Shown here: piece after piece, positions 11,906 to 24,450 of the stretch
How the letters are laid out: each line of letters opens with the position of its first letter
How positions within the stretch are numbered: position 1 is the first letter of the stretch
Assembly (NCBI GenBank): GCA_013239625.1
Contig: MU054187.1
Location: forward strand, 11,119,231 to 11,183,230
Origin: Lama guanicoe
Lineage: Eukaryota
DNA length: 64,000 bases
Reading direction: 5' to 3'
Made by a program: the position numbers and the translations under genes
Notes under the pieces: generated by a model
Database searches by the model: none
What the model saw: the letters and a program-made list of their open reading frames with translations, nothing else
Told to the model about the DNA's origin: nothing

Positions 11906-13512
11906 AGGACTTCTTTCCGTATAACTGTCCCATCTGAAACCGGAAATCCAGTGCGAGGTCTTCGCTGGGTTCTGTTTTCCGTTAGGAAGTTCTTGGCTCT
12001 GTGGCCTCCCGGTCCTCAGCTTGCTTGCCATTCAAGCCCTTCTCCTTCCAGGCCCTGTAATGCTCTGCGTGCAGAATTTAAGTTTAGGTGAAGTCATTTC
12101 CAATTTATTCTCTGCCCAGTTCTTAAGTCCCTTCTCACAGTTAAATTGTCCTAATCAATGTACTTCTTTTTTTTTTTAATCATCTCTAAGTGTTTTCCAT
12201 TCACATCAGCTCCTTTCAGGAAAAACCCTATCATCATCTTCTGATTCCACCACCAAAGCTAGACACAAGGGTGCTCATTTATCACGGACAGGAAAGCACC
12301 AAAGGCTGGAATTACATCTCTTCAGGAAAAGCAGTGATTTGAGGGGAGATTTTTTTCAAGCATGGCCTTTTGTTTCTTAACCCAAGTGTGCGAGCAAGAA
12401 GCAGCTCTCAGTGGAGAAACAGGAAAACACCGGGGAGAGATCGTCAATTTGTTTCCTAAAGGAATAATTTTCCGGCGGCATTGTGCCAGAGCGCTGGTCT
12501 TTCCCAGAGTCCTTTCCCATGCCTCCAACACAGTGGCAGACTGTGTGTAGGGTCAATGCAAACTGTGGCATCAGCCAGAGAAGCCAAGCTGGAGAGAAAT
12601 GTGAGATTCGGGTTGTGGTTAGTGTGACCGTGAGGCCAGACTGAACGGCAGTGCCAGGAGGTTCAGTGCGGTCTAATCAGAGGGAGACAAGGATGTGCCC
12701 AATGTAATCATTTGCTTTATGACTCTCAGGCCGACGTGAGGTCTTTAGAGGATGAGGTGGCCTGAAACCTCTTTTAAGGGAGGATGTGGACAAATTTCTT
12801 TTTTGAAAAAGTAAACTCTGGCGAGATCAGATAGAGTACACTGCACAGTAACAGAATCTCATAGAAAATAGAACAGGAACAAATAAGTATAAAGCAAAAA
12901 TAGCCAGAAAGAAAAAAGCACTGTACGAATTACTGACCCATGCCCTCTTCCAAATTTAAACATGAACAAATCTATGGAAAATCTCACAACAAAGGCATGG
13001 GAGGACCTTAGAATGTTGTCACTGTCACTAAGAGAAGGTAGGTGCTTCCAGAAGTGTTGGCATAAGGACTTATGAGGTCACTGAGGGTACCCTCTCCCAG
13101 GGATCGGAGGCAGCTGTTACTTGTCTTATTGACCAGGGAACGAACATATATTAGATTCTGTATTTTTGAGGATTTAAATTCCCATGGATGTTTACATGAG
13201 GTCAGATACTGTCCTGAAATTTAAGGAAAAGAGCAAGTCCCCGTTTTTAAGCAATCTAGTGAAGGAGATGTGTAGCCCAAAGAGAAGATCGCAGGAAATG
13301 ATCTAAAGCAAACTGAAATGAAGGAGCTTAAGAGAGGTTCTACAGAGGCGACTGAGCTGCCCCTAAAACAGTGGGACGGAGAGTAGCCAGCGAAGAACAG
13401 GAAAAGATCTAGGCACAAAGTATATTCAAACCTATGCAAGCCGTGGGTAGACGGAGCACCAAGTCTTTTAGAATAGCTAGACTAGACACAGTTCGATATG
13501 ACAGGAAAAAAA

Positions 13513-13670
13513 GTATGCAAGGAAGGGTGTATCACTCAGAAGCAGATGACAGATAGATAGACAGACAGACAGATAGATAAATGACAGATAAAAATTATTA
13601 CAGTGATTTGACCTTATGCAAGCATTGGAAGTGATTAAGCAGTTTCTGGAGTGCTGCTGTCTTTAAGGGC
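13513..13670 (-). mobile_element. ERVL LTR fragment, MLT2F-like, containing (GATA/GACA)n
   Basis: gatttgaccttatgcaagcattggaagtgattaagcagtttctgg...gctgtctt after the GATA tract resembles antisense MLT2. Confidence 0.5.
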
Positions 13671-14338
13671 AAAGATTTTCTTTTGTTTCTGCCCCTGGCA
13701 TTCTCTGGTCCCATCACACTTGCTGGCCTTGGTCAGCAGGTAGGTTCTGCTTCATTCAGCTGCCACCATGCTCTCCTCTTTCTCTCTCATCATTTGTTCT
13801 TTCATCTTCTGTCCCAGCTCCATTCTTCAAGGCCCTTCCTCCTGCTCTCCTACTTTTCCATCCTAGGATGCCATGTCCTTGGGTTCTCTGCTGTTTTCTT
13901 TATTAACAGCCCCAGTGGTTTCTAAGGAACTTGGACTATATCCTTCATGGAACAAAATGTGAAGGAGGACATGTGAGTGACTCGAAAGCATTAATGCGCG
14001 CTGGAATCACTAGTGCAGTGATTGATAGAGGTGTATGTGTTTCTGGTTTGTCAGACAAGGAGATAATATCTTTTGGTAGAGCACTTGTCTCCCCATCTAA
14101 TGCCTGGTCCTGCCAGCTCCACTGATGTTGGGGTAGCCACCTGTTCCTTTGCTTAACAGTCTTTAGTTCCATTGCCAGAAGCCTCTGATTTACTCCCCAA
14201 ATTCCTTACAACATTCAGTGAGTTTTTCTGAGGCAAGTCGATATACAGATCCACTCAGGATCATACTTACACCAGACTGTTGATGTGCATGCACCTCCAG
14301 TAGCCCCCTAAATTTTGTCCCACTAACCAGAGCCCCAG

Positions 14339-14793
14339 TATTAAAGTAAAAATTACTCTTTTGCATAACCTCTAAATTCCAAAATTTTGTACCTTGAAAA
14401 TTCCCTTTTAGAATTTCAATAAAATAGCTCTATTTGCCCTCTTTCTCCATTTAGCATGTCTGTCTTCAAATGCTAGCCATTCAAGATTAACTTTAGCCAG
14501 CAACAATCCAGCCAATGAGAGGCTGTCATGAATCAGCCAATGGGAGACTGTCACGAATCAGCCAATGAAAAGCCACTACAGCTGAAACTCCTGCTTTTCT
14601 CCAGTGAACTCTGTTTATAACAGCCACTCCCAACTTGCCCTCTTCCTCTATAAAAGAAAGTTTCTCTCCTTTGTTTCTCCAGATTTGCCTATGGTTTTGC
14701 TATAGGATGTTTGTCACGAAGTGCAAGTCTCTGCAATTCTGAAATAAACTCATTTTGTTGGTTAAAAAAGAATAATAATAACTTTTAAAAATC
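14339..14793 (+). mobile_element. ERV1-type solo LTR with three CCAAT boxes, TATA box and polyA signal
   Basis: 25-bp tandem unit carrying CCAAT at 14512, 14537, 14562; TATAAAA at 14649; AATAAA at 14743; boundaries approximate. Confidence 0.7.
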
Positions 14794-16828
14794 AAATTAA
14801 TTTTCCTGCTATTGCTCAGTTTAGTTGCTATGGATTTTTCTTCCTTAATATATTATTATTTTATGTTTTCATAGTAAATATTATTTTCCAGTATTTTTTG
14901 TGGCAAATGTAATCTAGACAGGAAACACAATCAGGTATGGGAGATCTTTGGGAAGTATATTTCAATATCCAGACAGCTTTAACAAACTTTTGTGCCAGTC
15001 TTCTTGTATAAATTTTTTTTTCTGTACAATCTTTATTGTACAGGAAATGAAACCATTTCCCATAGTCTTTTGAAGAGTATGTAAACTAAAAGTTGAAAAA
15101 CTCTAAAAATGCTAACACACATTGAAATCTTATTAGCAGATAAAAATAGCTGTATTTTGAGAGTGGAATCAAGATTTGAAGACAAATTAAAACAAACATG
15201 AAAAGACAGTTTTATAAAAGAGAGTAATGTCTAAAATTTGGGAATTGAAGGAAATTTCAATATGGTTCAGCCATTGTTGAAAAATTCCTTCTTCAGATAC
15301 AAGATGGTCAGTTAATATTTTGAATAAAAGGGCTGTATTGAAGATGATCTGAATGAACTGATTTATATTTATTAAGCCCAGTTATTTTGCACATAAATCT
15401 CATTTTATTTTATTCTTGAAACAATTTTTCTGTTTCTTATAAGAAGTCCATATGACCAAATACATGCACATACAAACACATATACACACACACGCACACA
15501 CTCACTCACACTACTATGCCTATGTGTAATAGATAAAATGGGTCTCTTTTTTAATCTAATAAGTAAAGTAAAATAAAACGTAGACTGATTTTCTAGAAAG
15601 ATAAACATAACCCCTGACTTTAAAAATAGTTTAGATCATAAAAAAAAAATAAAATATTTCTCATTTTTGAAAAGAACTAGAGTCTTTCATTTCTTTGAAC
15701 ATAGTATTTCAACTGGATCAAATCCAGGTTTTTACCACCAAGAGAAAGTATCCAATGTATAAAATAAATAATTTTTTTATATATTCACAGCCAGTTTAAC
15801 AACTTTCCTTTCAACTTTTCAATATACCATGCTTCCAGAATGTACAGTTAGAAACTCCAAGCCATTTTGACGTGGATCCAGGAGGTATTGTATATTCTAG
15901 ATTAAAATGGAGTCAAAAGCCTTTGATACATCATCAAAGTATTTCAGAACCTTACACCTCTTCTGTGAACGTATTTCAAACTTAAAGTGTGTAAATAGTT
16001 TTTCTCAGTACAACCTCAAAGACAACTGCCAACGGAACACGTCTTAAAGAAAATTTGAGAAATAATTTTGGCTTTTGTATTTGGATTTGCATCATTTCTG
16101 TTTCACTTTTCAAAGTGCAGCCCCGATGCCCTTGCCAGGCGTCAGTCTCCTCAGATTGCTGCATAAGAATTGTGAGAACCTTGAGAAATTAACTGTAACT
16201 ACTTATCATTCTCAATAATTAATAAGCTCTTAGATATGCCACACAGTTTCCCAGAAAGAACTGAAATTATAGGCTTAATTTACTTACTTCCTATTTTTGA
16301 CAGCCAGAGCCAAAAATACTGGGTGTTTCTCTTAAGCTGCTTTTCAAACAGATCAAGCAAAAAAAAATTAAAGACAAAGGTTTAACCTCAGAAGCAGTTT
16401 CCATTTAGACTTGTTCTTTCAAACAAATAGTGAATATATTACTATATTAGTGAATATACTAGTGAATACATGCATAGAGTTCACACCGACTGGGCCTTCA
16501 AAGCTGTGTGATTTATTTTATGTGCTGGCTTACTTTTTTGGACTCTTTAACTCCTGATCCTGGCAGAACATTCCATGCTACCTGTGTACAAGAGTAAGTT
16601 TGGATCCTAGTATATCACCAGACATTTTGAGACATTTTAATTCAATTTTTTTCCCTTTGGGAAAGCTCTTTGGGACAAATATTGTTACAGTGAAAACTTA
16701 GGTGAGCTCTGATTTTGTATTGGATCATAAAATGGTATAGATCTACGCTTTCTTTCATTTTGCTCACCTGCTTAGAGGTAGACAAAGGTAACAATATGTT
16801 ATTTAATGCATTCGCAGCTAACACAAGT

Positions 16829-16994
16829 ATTCCACTTTTAATATTTTATCTTAAGGAAAAGAACATGAATAAGGAAAAGAACATGAATAAGGATTTTTTC
16901 AAGTTGTTTATCAGAGCATAGATTCCACTTTTAATATTTTATCTTAAGGAAAAGAACATGAATAAGGATTTTTTCAAGTTGTTTATCAGAGCAT
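16829..16994. repeat. Perfect 73-bp direct duplication; first copy contains a further 18-bp duplication
   Basis: 16829-16919 (91 bp) versus 16922-16994 (73 bp), identical apart from the extra taaggaaaagaacatgaa. Confidence 0.95.
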
Positions 16995-17629
16995 TATTAG
17001 TGATAAAGAAAATTCTTAGTAATACAAAGTAATACAAGCAAAAGAGAAATAGTTCTGTAATTTAGTATACTTCCATAAAAAAGAATAGACTGAGACCATT
17101 CAAAAAAATCATGTTTTGAAACACATTGTCCTTGAAATTGTATCAATTTAACTACAATCATCAGGCTGTGAAAATATGACATGTAGCATGGTTCCTGAAA
17201 GGTATTTGGAATTTGATCAATAAGGGTTGGGATAATTCAAGTATTTTATCTTAAAGTGCTCCTCCCTGCACGTACACAGACATAACGAAATCGTATTTTA
17301 AGATAATCACTGGAAACAGGATGAGCTCTATGAGTTGGCTCAGGACTTGGTAAGTGTCAGAAGTTGGCACTTGGTGGGACACAATACAGGAGACGCTGGG
17401 CAACAAGAATCAAGAGATAACATGGGAAACAGAAGGCGAGTGGATCTCGCAGACAAACACCCACATCTTGAGAGTCTATCCCAGTCAGGAGAATGACCCT
17501 ATGAAACCATTTGTGAATGTAGCTACTTCTCCCACTAAGAAGACAAAGTAAAAACTTCTTTGTTGTTTGAGGAGCGAATCCAACACAAGGAAATAGGATC
17601 TAAGGAGGAGAATCCAAATAAGATCGTTG

Positions 17630-17884
17630 GACATAAAAAAAGAGTAAAATAACGCCATTTGCAGCAACATGGATGGAGTGGGAGATCGTCATTCTAAGTG
17701 ATGTAAGTCGGAAAGAGAAAGAAAAATACCATATGATACCACTTACATGTGAAATCTATAATAAAAAAAAACAAATGAAATTATCTACAAAATAGAAACA
17801 GACTCACAGACATAGAGAACAAACTCGTGGTCACCAGGAGGTAAAGGGGGTGGGAGGGGATAAATTGAGAGTTTGGGATTTGCA
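17630..17884 (+). mobile_element. Lineage-specific L1 fragment (ORF2 end plus partial 3'UTR)
   Basis: gccatttgcagcaacatggatgg...ctaagtgatgtaagtc...gaaacagactcacagacatagagaacaaac. Confidence 0.85.
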
Positions 17885-18033
17885 CCTCTTGGGAAGTGGT
17901 GGAAATGTTAGCTATCTTGCTTGTGGTGATGGTTTCATAGGTGGATACATCTATCGGAACTCATCAAATTGTACGTCTGAAATATGTGCAGTTTACTGTA
18001 CAGGAATCATATCACAATGAGGTTTTAAAAAAT
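17885..18033 (+). mobile_element. Older L1 (L1MC/MD/ME-like) 3' terminus
   Basis: ggtggaaatgttagctatcttgcttgtggtgatggtttc...actcatcaaattgtac...atatgtgcagtttactgta. Confidence 0.75.
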
Positions 18034-18112
18034 ATGAGGCCGTGAGAATTAACTCTCTTCTTTTCTCAGTCTCTGTTAGGATAGACTTCTCACTAGTTTG
18101 AGCTTCTTTCCA

Positions 18113-19497
18113 TTTTTTTAAACATTTTTTATTGATTTATAATCATTTTACAATGTGTCAAATTCCAGTGTAGAGCACAATTTTTCAGTTATTATGAACA
18201 TGTATATATTCATTGTCACATTTTTTTCTCTGTGAGCTACCATAAGATCTTGTGTATATTTCCCTGTGCTATACAGTATAATCTTGTTTATCTATTCTAC
18301 AATTTTGAAATCCTGTCTATCCCTTCCCACCCTCTGCCTCCCTGGCAACCACAAGTTTGTATTCTATGACTATGAGTCTGTTTCTGTTTTGTATTTATGT
18401 TTTGCTTGTTTGTTTTTTTTTAGATTCCACATATGAGTGATCTCACATGGTATTTTTCTTTCTCTTTCTGGTTTATTTCACTTAGAATGACATTCTCCAG
18501 GAGCATCCATGTTGCTGCAAATGGCATTATGTTGTCGGTTTTTATGGCTGAGTAGTATTCCATTGTATAAATATACCACAGCTTCTTTATCCAGTCATCT
18601 GTTGATGGACATTTAGGCTGTCTCCGTATCTTGGCTATTGTAAATAGTGCTGCTATGAACATTGGGGTGCAGGTGTCCTCCTGAAGTAGGGTTCCTTCTG
18701 GATATATGCCCAGGAGCAGGATTCCTGGGTCATATGGTAAGTCTATTCCTAGTCTTTTGAGGAATCTCCATTCTGTTTTCCACAGTGGCTGCACCAAACT
18801 GCATTCCCACCAGCAGTGTAGGAGGGTTCCCTTTTCTCCACAGCCTCTCCAGCATTTGTCATTTGTGGATTTTTGAATGATGGCCATTCTGACTGGTGTG
18901 AGGTGATACCTCATTGTAGTTTTGATTTGCATTTCTCTGATAATTAGTGATATTGAGCATTTTTTCATGTGCCCATTGATCATATGTATGTCTTCCTTGA
19001 AGAATTGCTTGTTTAGGTCTTTTGCCCATTTTTGGATTGGGTTGTTTGGTTGTGTCTTATTAAGTCATATGAGCTGCTTATATATTCTGGAGATCAACCC
19101 TTTGTCAGTTTCATTTGCAAAAATTTTCTCCCATTCCATAGGTTGTCTTTTTGCTTTTCTTATGGTTTCCTTTGCTATGCAGAAGCTTTTAAGTTTCAAT
19201 AGGTCCCATTTGTTTATTCTTGCTTTTATTTCTTCTAGGAGAACATTTTTGAGATGTATGTCAGATAATGTTTTGCCTATATTTTCTTCTAGGAGGTTTA
19301 TTGTATCTTTTTTTATATTTAAGTGTTTGATTCATTTTGAGTTGATTTTTGTGTATGGTGTAAGGGAGTGTTCTAGCTTCATTGCTTTACATGCTGCTGC
19401 CCAGTTTTCCCAACACCATTTGCTGAAGAGACTGTCTTTATTCCATTGTATATTCTTGCCTCCTTTGTCGAAGATGAGTTGACCAAAGGTTTGTGGG
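18113..19497 (-). mobile_element. Young 5'-truncated L1 (about 1.4 kb) with TSD
   Basis: Antisense ORF2 3' region, 3'UTR and T-tract; TSD tctttcca(t/g)ttttt at 18105 and 19498. Confidence 0.95.
18420..18983 (-). pseudogene. L1 ORF2p C-terminal cysteine-rich segment (187 aa open frame), non-functional fragment
   Basis: [30 protein letters not shown]...[18 protein letters not shown]...MEYYSAIK...SLICGI. Confidence 0.93.
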
Positions 19498-20338
19498 TCT
19501 TTCCAGTTTTTGAGTGCCTATGAATGCAATGCTTTCTAGGATTTTCTCTCTAGGTCTATTTTCTCTTTAGGTCGACAAAGAAACAGCAGTGTGGAAAAGG
19601 ATGAGTGATTTCAGATAACGGAGAAAATAGTAATATTAACTCAGTTTAAACATGTTTTAGTTCAGAGTGCTAATATATTACCTGTAGATAAATTGGAAAT
19701 GTTTAATGGTAGCCAAATTTGCAAAGGCAAAACTAAATTTAGGTGAATCCCATAGAGAAGAGTGAAAAGTCATTTCCACTGTAGTACCTTTATGATGTCT
19801 TTGCAAACAGGTTATCATTTTTGTATATATCTATTCTGAATGAATGTGTGTATGCATTAATCAATGTTGGAGTTTCAGCTTTTGAGCCTGAGGACAAGAA
19901 AAGATATCAGATGAACCGTAGAAATAAACAACCCTAACTTGGATGTGGAAAGCAAAGAATAATGAATGAATCAGAGAGGTGGGAGAGAAATCATTTTTCT
20001 TTAGAGGCTGAAAAAATCAGGAAGACCTTGGGAGACTTAGGCAGGAGCATTCATGTATAAGCACCAGAGACAGGAAATGAGAAGTCAGGCTTAGCGACTG
20101 CTTCCTTGAGACTTGGGGAAATGAATGAAAATTTACCATTGTATCTTAGGCAGGATCAGGGTGGCTTTAGGGAACAGAAGCTTCCTGGGGATCTTTGGAG
20201 AGAAAGAGCTATGACTGGAAAAGAGTGGACTTGGGAAATTAAGCTGGCAATCTGAACCAAGTAAACACATGTCTGTTCCTCTAAACCTTGTCTGCCTAGT
20301 GTACAATAATGTTTTCTTCTTTAAAATAAGTGACCTAA

Positions 20339-20804
20339 TGAAGACAAATATCACATGACATCACTTATATGTGGAATCTAAAATATGATACAAATGAAAT
20401 TATAAAATAGAAAAAGACTCACAGACATAGAAAACAGGCTTATGGTCACCAAAGAGAAAATGGGAGGGAAGAGGGATAAATTAAGAGTTAGGGATTATCA
20501 GATACAAACTACCATGTATAAAATAGATAAATAACAAGGTCCTACTATATAGCACAAGGAACTACATTTGATACTTATAATAACCTATAATGGAAAAGAA
20601 TATGAAAAAGAATATATATATATATTCACGTGTGTACCTGAATCACTTTGCTGTCCACCAGAAACTAACGCAATATTGTAGATCAACTACACTTCAATAA
20701 AAAAAAATTTTTTTTAATCTGTTAGTAGAAATGAATCAATGCAGAAAGTTTCTTTGAGCTCATTAAAAGTCACATGTAGCAAAAGTAAGGTAAAATAAAG
20801 TAAA
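20339..20804 (+). mobile_element. L1 3' fragment with probable ~95-bp 3' transduction
   Basis: L1 ORF2 end and 3'UTR with AATAAA and A-tail at about 20696-20707, then non-L1 sequence, ATTAAA (20762), second A-rich tail; TSD aagtgacctaa at 20328-20338 and 20805-20815. Confidence 0.8.
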
Positions 20805-23499
20805 AAGTGACCTAAGATGGTACCTCTAATCCGGACATCCTGTGGCATGTGTCAGGCGGTAAGGGTTGGGGAGGGGCATTGGGCCACAGCTTCCAGCAAG
20901 CAAACATTCAAAGGGTGGTGGCTGCAGAAGGAACAGGAAAAGCAGGGACCCCGGATTCCTCTTACCTACACACCTTCGTTTACAGTGCTGGTGAATAAGG
21001 CATGAGACAGTAATGGGGATTCTATAAGCAAGTTCTCCTTTCATCTTGAATTCAATGTGTTGCTTCTTGTTTGAAAATGAAAAATCGTAAGCATTAACTA
21101 GGAGAGGGTGATTAAAGAACTCTGTGTCATTTTGGTTCTGGCTGTGTTCATACCACACTGTTTCCCGAATCATATGTCACAAGAAAAGAAAGGACGGCGA
21201 ATAGGCTATTGGTCATCTTCTGTATATAAACTTCATTGACCCTTAGGGGAAAGCTTTCTGCTATGCAGTGAGGTCAGTCCATATTAAGAACTTGAGGGCT
21301 TAGTAAAGATTTTCTAAAAATAAAGTCTCCTAGAGATAAATCTGTAGCCACAAATGAAAGCAAAGAATGCGATGTGATAGCCATATAATGGGAAATTCAC
21401 CATAAATTATCCACATGAAACAGTGCAACTAGGAGGGTGCATTATCTTTTACTATCAGAAATGTGCTTTGTTCCGTGTTGCAACACAGAGTATCTTATTG
21501 GCAAGAAAATGAAAGGCTCTTGAGTTTGTCCCAGCTGTGTACTTAACAAGGCCCCACAGCTGCTTTTTTAGATCTTTTGCGGTAAACCATTTAGAAAGAG
21601 AGAAAGAGTGTTTTATCATAAACATCCTCATCCTTGTTCCCCTTGATTCTTTCTCCACCTCAAGACTTCTTTCAAAGTGCAGATCTTGGCCCATCACCAG
21701 AAAGTAAAGAAACCCCAAGTTTTGCAACTCGAATTTTAACAAATAGTTGGACTTTTAAGTCTATGGGTGAACCAAGGGGACAGAGGGAGGCATCTGAGCA
21801 GTCCTCTTCATGGACTTGCAAACCTACCCCATCAGAAGCTTGGCTCCCTCTGCAGAGGTGATGACTGTTCGTGTGGCTGCCGGGACCCCTCCCCCAGCAG
21901 TGACACCTGCTCAGATCCTTATACGAGTGCCCTGGTTGGTCACAGGGCAGTGAGAGTTGACCAAGCAGCCTCGCCCATATGCCTACACTCTTGGCTACCA
22001 GCACTATTGTGGAATTTCTGGGCTATTGAAGATTTTTGATCACGTAACAGCCAAAGAAAAGAGCACAATAATCTAAAACCTGCAAAACATTGATGAGAAT
22101 AGCCAGAGAAATTTGGGACAATTCCCTTTCCACTGAAACTAGCATCACTCTGGAGCTTTGAGAACAAGTCAAAAGCAAGTACTTTCCCAGAATACTCAAT
22201 ATGGCCCCACCAGCTTCTTTCTTTTGCCCCCAAAATAGGGGCTCTTGAACAGACTTCCTGGAGTGGTGCCCTGTTGCTCCTTCATTAAACTGTGAAATAT
22301 GAGCGCCGTGATTTGGGGCTCATGCTACTCATTTCTTCCTTTTCAATTAAAAATAATAATTTCCTAATCCTCTCCTTTTTCATTCTTATTCTTTCTTCTC
22401 AAACCAGGCGGAGTGAGAGTGAGTGAAATGAAGACTCCAGCAATCTTGGGTCTTAATCTACCCCCAGAAGCCACCAGAAAAGCTACCCGTTTTTGTGAAC
22501 TATGCACAAGTTTGGCCTTTGCTTTTTACAAACAACCTTGCTGATTATTTCCTGGGTTTCAATCTGTTCTATTGGAAAATGCGACTAAGATAATCTATTG
22601 CCTTAAATTTGTGGTAGGCGGTACCTTCTTCCAAGAACCTGGAAGCACAGGTGGCCAGATAATGAGGGTTGCAAATAAACTTCATTATTTTCCCCTGCCT
22701 ACTGGTAGCTCCATTTGGCCTGCAGAATATCGTATGCCACCTCCAGCTGAAGATATTCAAGACCTCGGAGAGAGGTGCTGCAAATCACACAGCCTCCCTT
22801 CACTGTGCAAGCTATCCTGCTGGGGACGGTGGGGAAAGAACGTGGGAAGTAATGGCTGAAATGTGTTTAAAAGAGTTAACTTCTGCCCCTCACATCCTTT
22901 GACAATCAAGATTTGGTCTTGCAATATTATTCATTAACCCCCACTGTAGAATGGCTCAGAATATATTTAAAAGCCCTTTCTCATATGGAGGAACAGAAAT
23001 GAACTAACTCAGATACCCTACTCTCAGAAGTATCAAAATATTAACACTGTTCCAAATACTCAGCATGTGTATATTGGGATCTTACCCATGAAGTGACACC
23101 ACAGCCAATGACACAGATAAATGACTTAAAAAAATACAGCTGAACTTTCTTAAAATGAGAGTTATAAAAATAGAATATTACTTACTTCTTTACTTAGTTT
23201 GATTTTTTTTTTCTGGATATCTGCTTTTATGAGGAAAGTTGAAGTGTGTTCCCTACTTATCCTTGAAGCTATGGGTGCTACATAAAATTTTCTAAATTAC
23301 TTATCAATCTGTAACCCATTTTTTATCTTCCTAAATATTTTTGTTTTGCCCAGTTTTTGACTTACTTCATAAAACTGTCTAACCTTTACATAGACTTTAA
23401 ATTGTGGGTCTAGTAACAGGAGAGGGGACATCAATGACTTATACAATTGATTTGTTACTGTACTCATAATTTATATAATGTTATATATCCAGAATTTCA

Positions 23500-24450
23500 G
23501 GAAATCATAGATAAATCAGGTATACATTCTTACTTCAAGAAGCTAAAAGACTGGTAAAGGAGAAGACATTTGTATAGATAACTATGGTACACAGTTGAAG
23601 GAATAAGTAACTAGAAAGATGATACATATATGTCCTGTTATATTTATGAAGGGTTTTTGCTAATCCGTACATGTGAGTAATCAGGAAAAGGCTATTTTAA
23701 CATAGAATTATGTAACTGGGGAAGGGGAGCTACTTACACGCACTGTGTAGGACGGTCACTTGAAAGATGAGACTTTTAAAACCATATAAAGAACCTCAAT
23801 AATGTGTGTCCTTTGAAGCTTTTTCAAAATCCATATTTATATTTCATAAATCATTCTAAAATTCATAAATAAAATTCTACAAAAAAGTATTCAAAAGATC
23901 TATCTTAGATGTGTGCAAAAGAAATTCTAATTTTGAAAAATAAATATTGCAAGAGGGGAGAGTTCTTTGCAAAATTCTGAGCATAAAGAAAGATTTCATA
24001 TGGGAAGTATAATTTGAGCAGGTGGAAAAAAGTGTATAAATTTTAAGCATAAAAAAATAGAGGAAAGATAGGCTCGGGGAGACAGCATAGGAGCAGGGAA
24101 TTACGGGTACGTCCGGGAGTGCTGGGTTGACATGACAGTAACTGAAGGGGAGCGACGGCAGACGCAGGAGGCAGGCAGGAGTCACAATGCAGAAGGAATG
24201 AATCTGGGCTACGTGGCATGGCTATTCTTGGGCTGACAGTGAGAAGCCATCAAAGTGCTGGAACAGACGAGCAGATGATATTCAAGCCGTTCTGCCTGAA
24301 CTAACCGCAGTGTTTTGAATGACCTAGAGGAAAGTTGTTAAAACAATACTATAGAAGTCTAGGTGAAGACTAGTGATTAAACACTGAGTAACAGGGAAGA
24401 ACTGAATAAAAGTAGTAACAGTAGCACTAGAAAGAGGCAGACAATTGCAA
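23500..24450 (-). mobile_element. Fragmented L2 (with possible old L1 piece near 23700-23900)
   Basis: cattcttacttcaagaagctaaaagactggtaaaggagaagac; gagaagccatcaaagtg...agtctaggtgaagac. Confidence 0.5.

Noticed and set aside
14505..14570. CRISPR-like or other prokaryotic repeat array
   Set aside because: Three contiguous 25-bp units with no unique spacers, inside a mammalian LTR
18922..19482. 186-aa hydrophobic plus-strand ORF (and similar ORF at 61904-62176)
   Set aside because: Antisense frame of L1 ORF2
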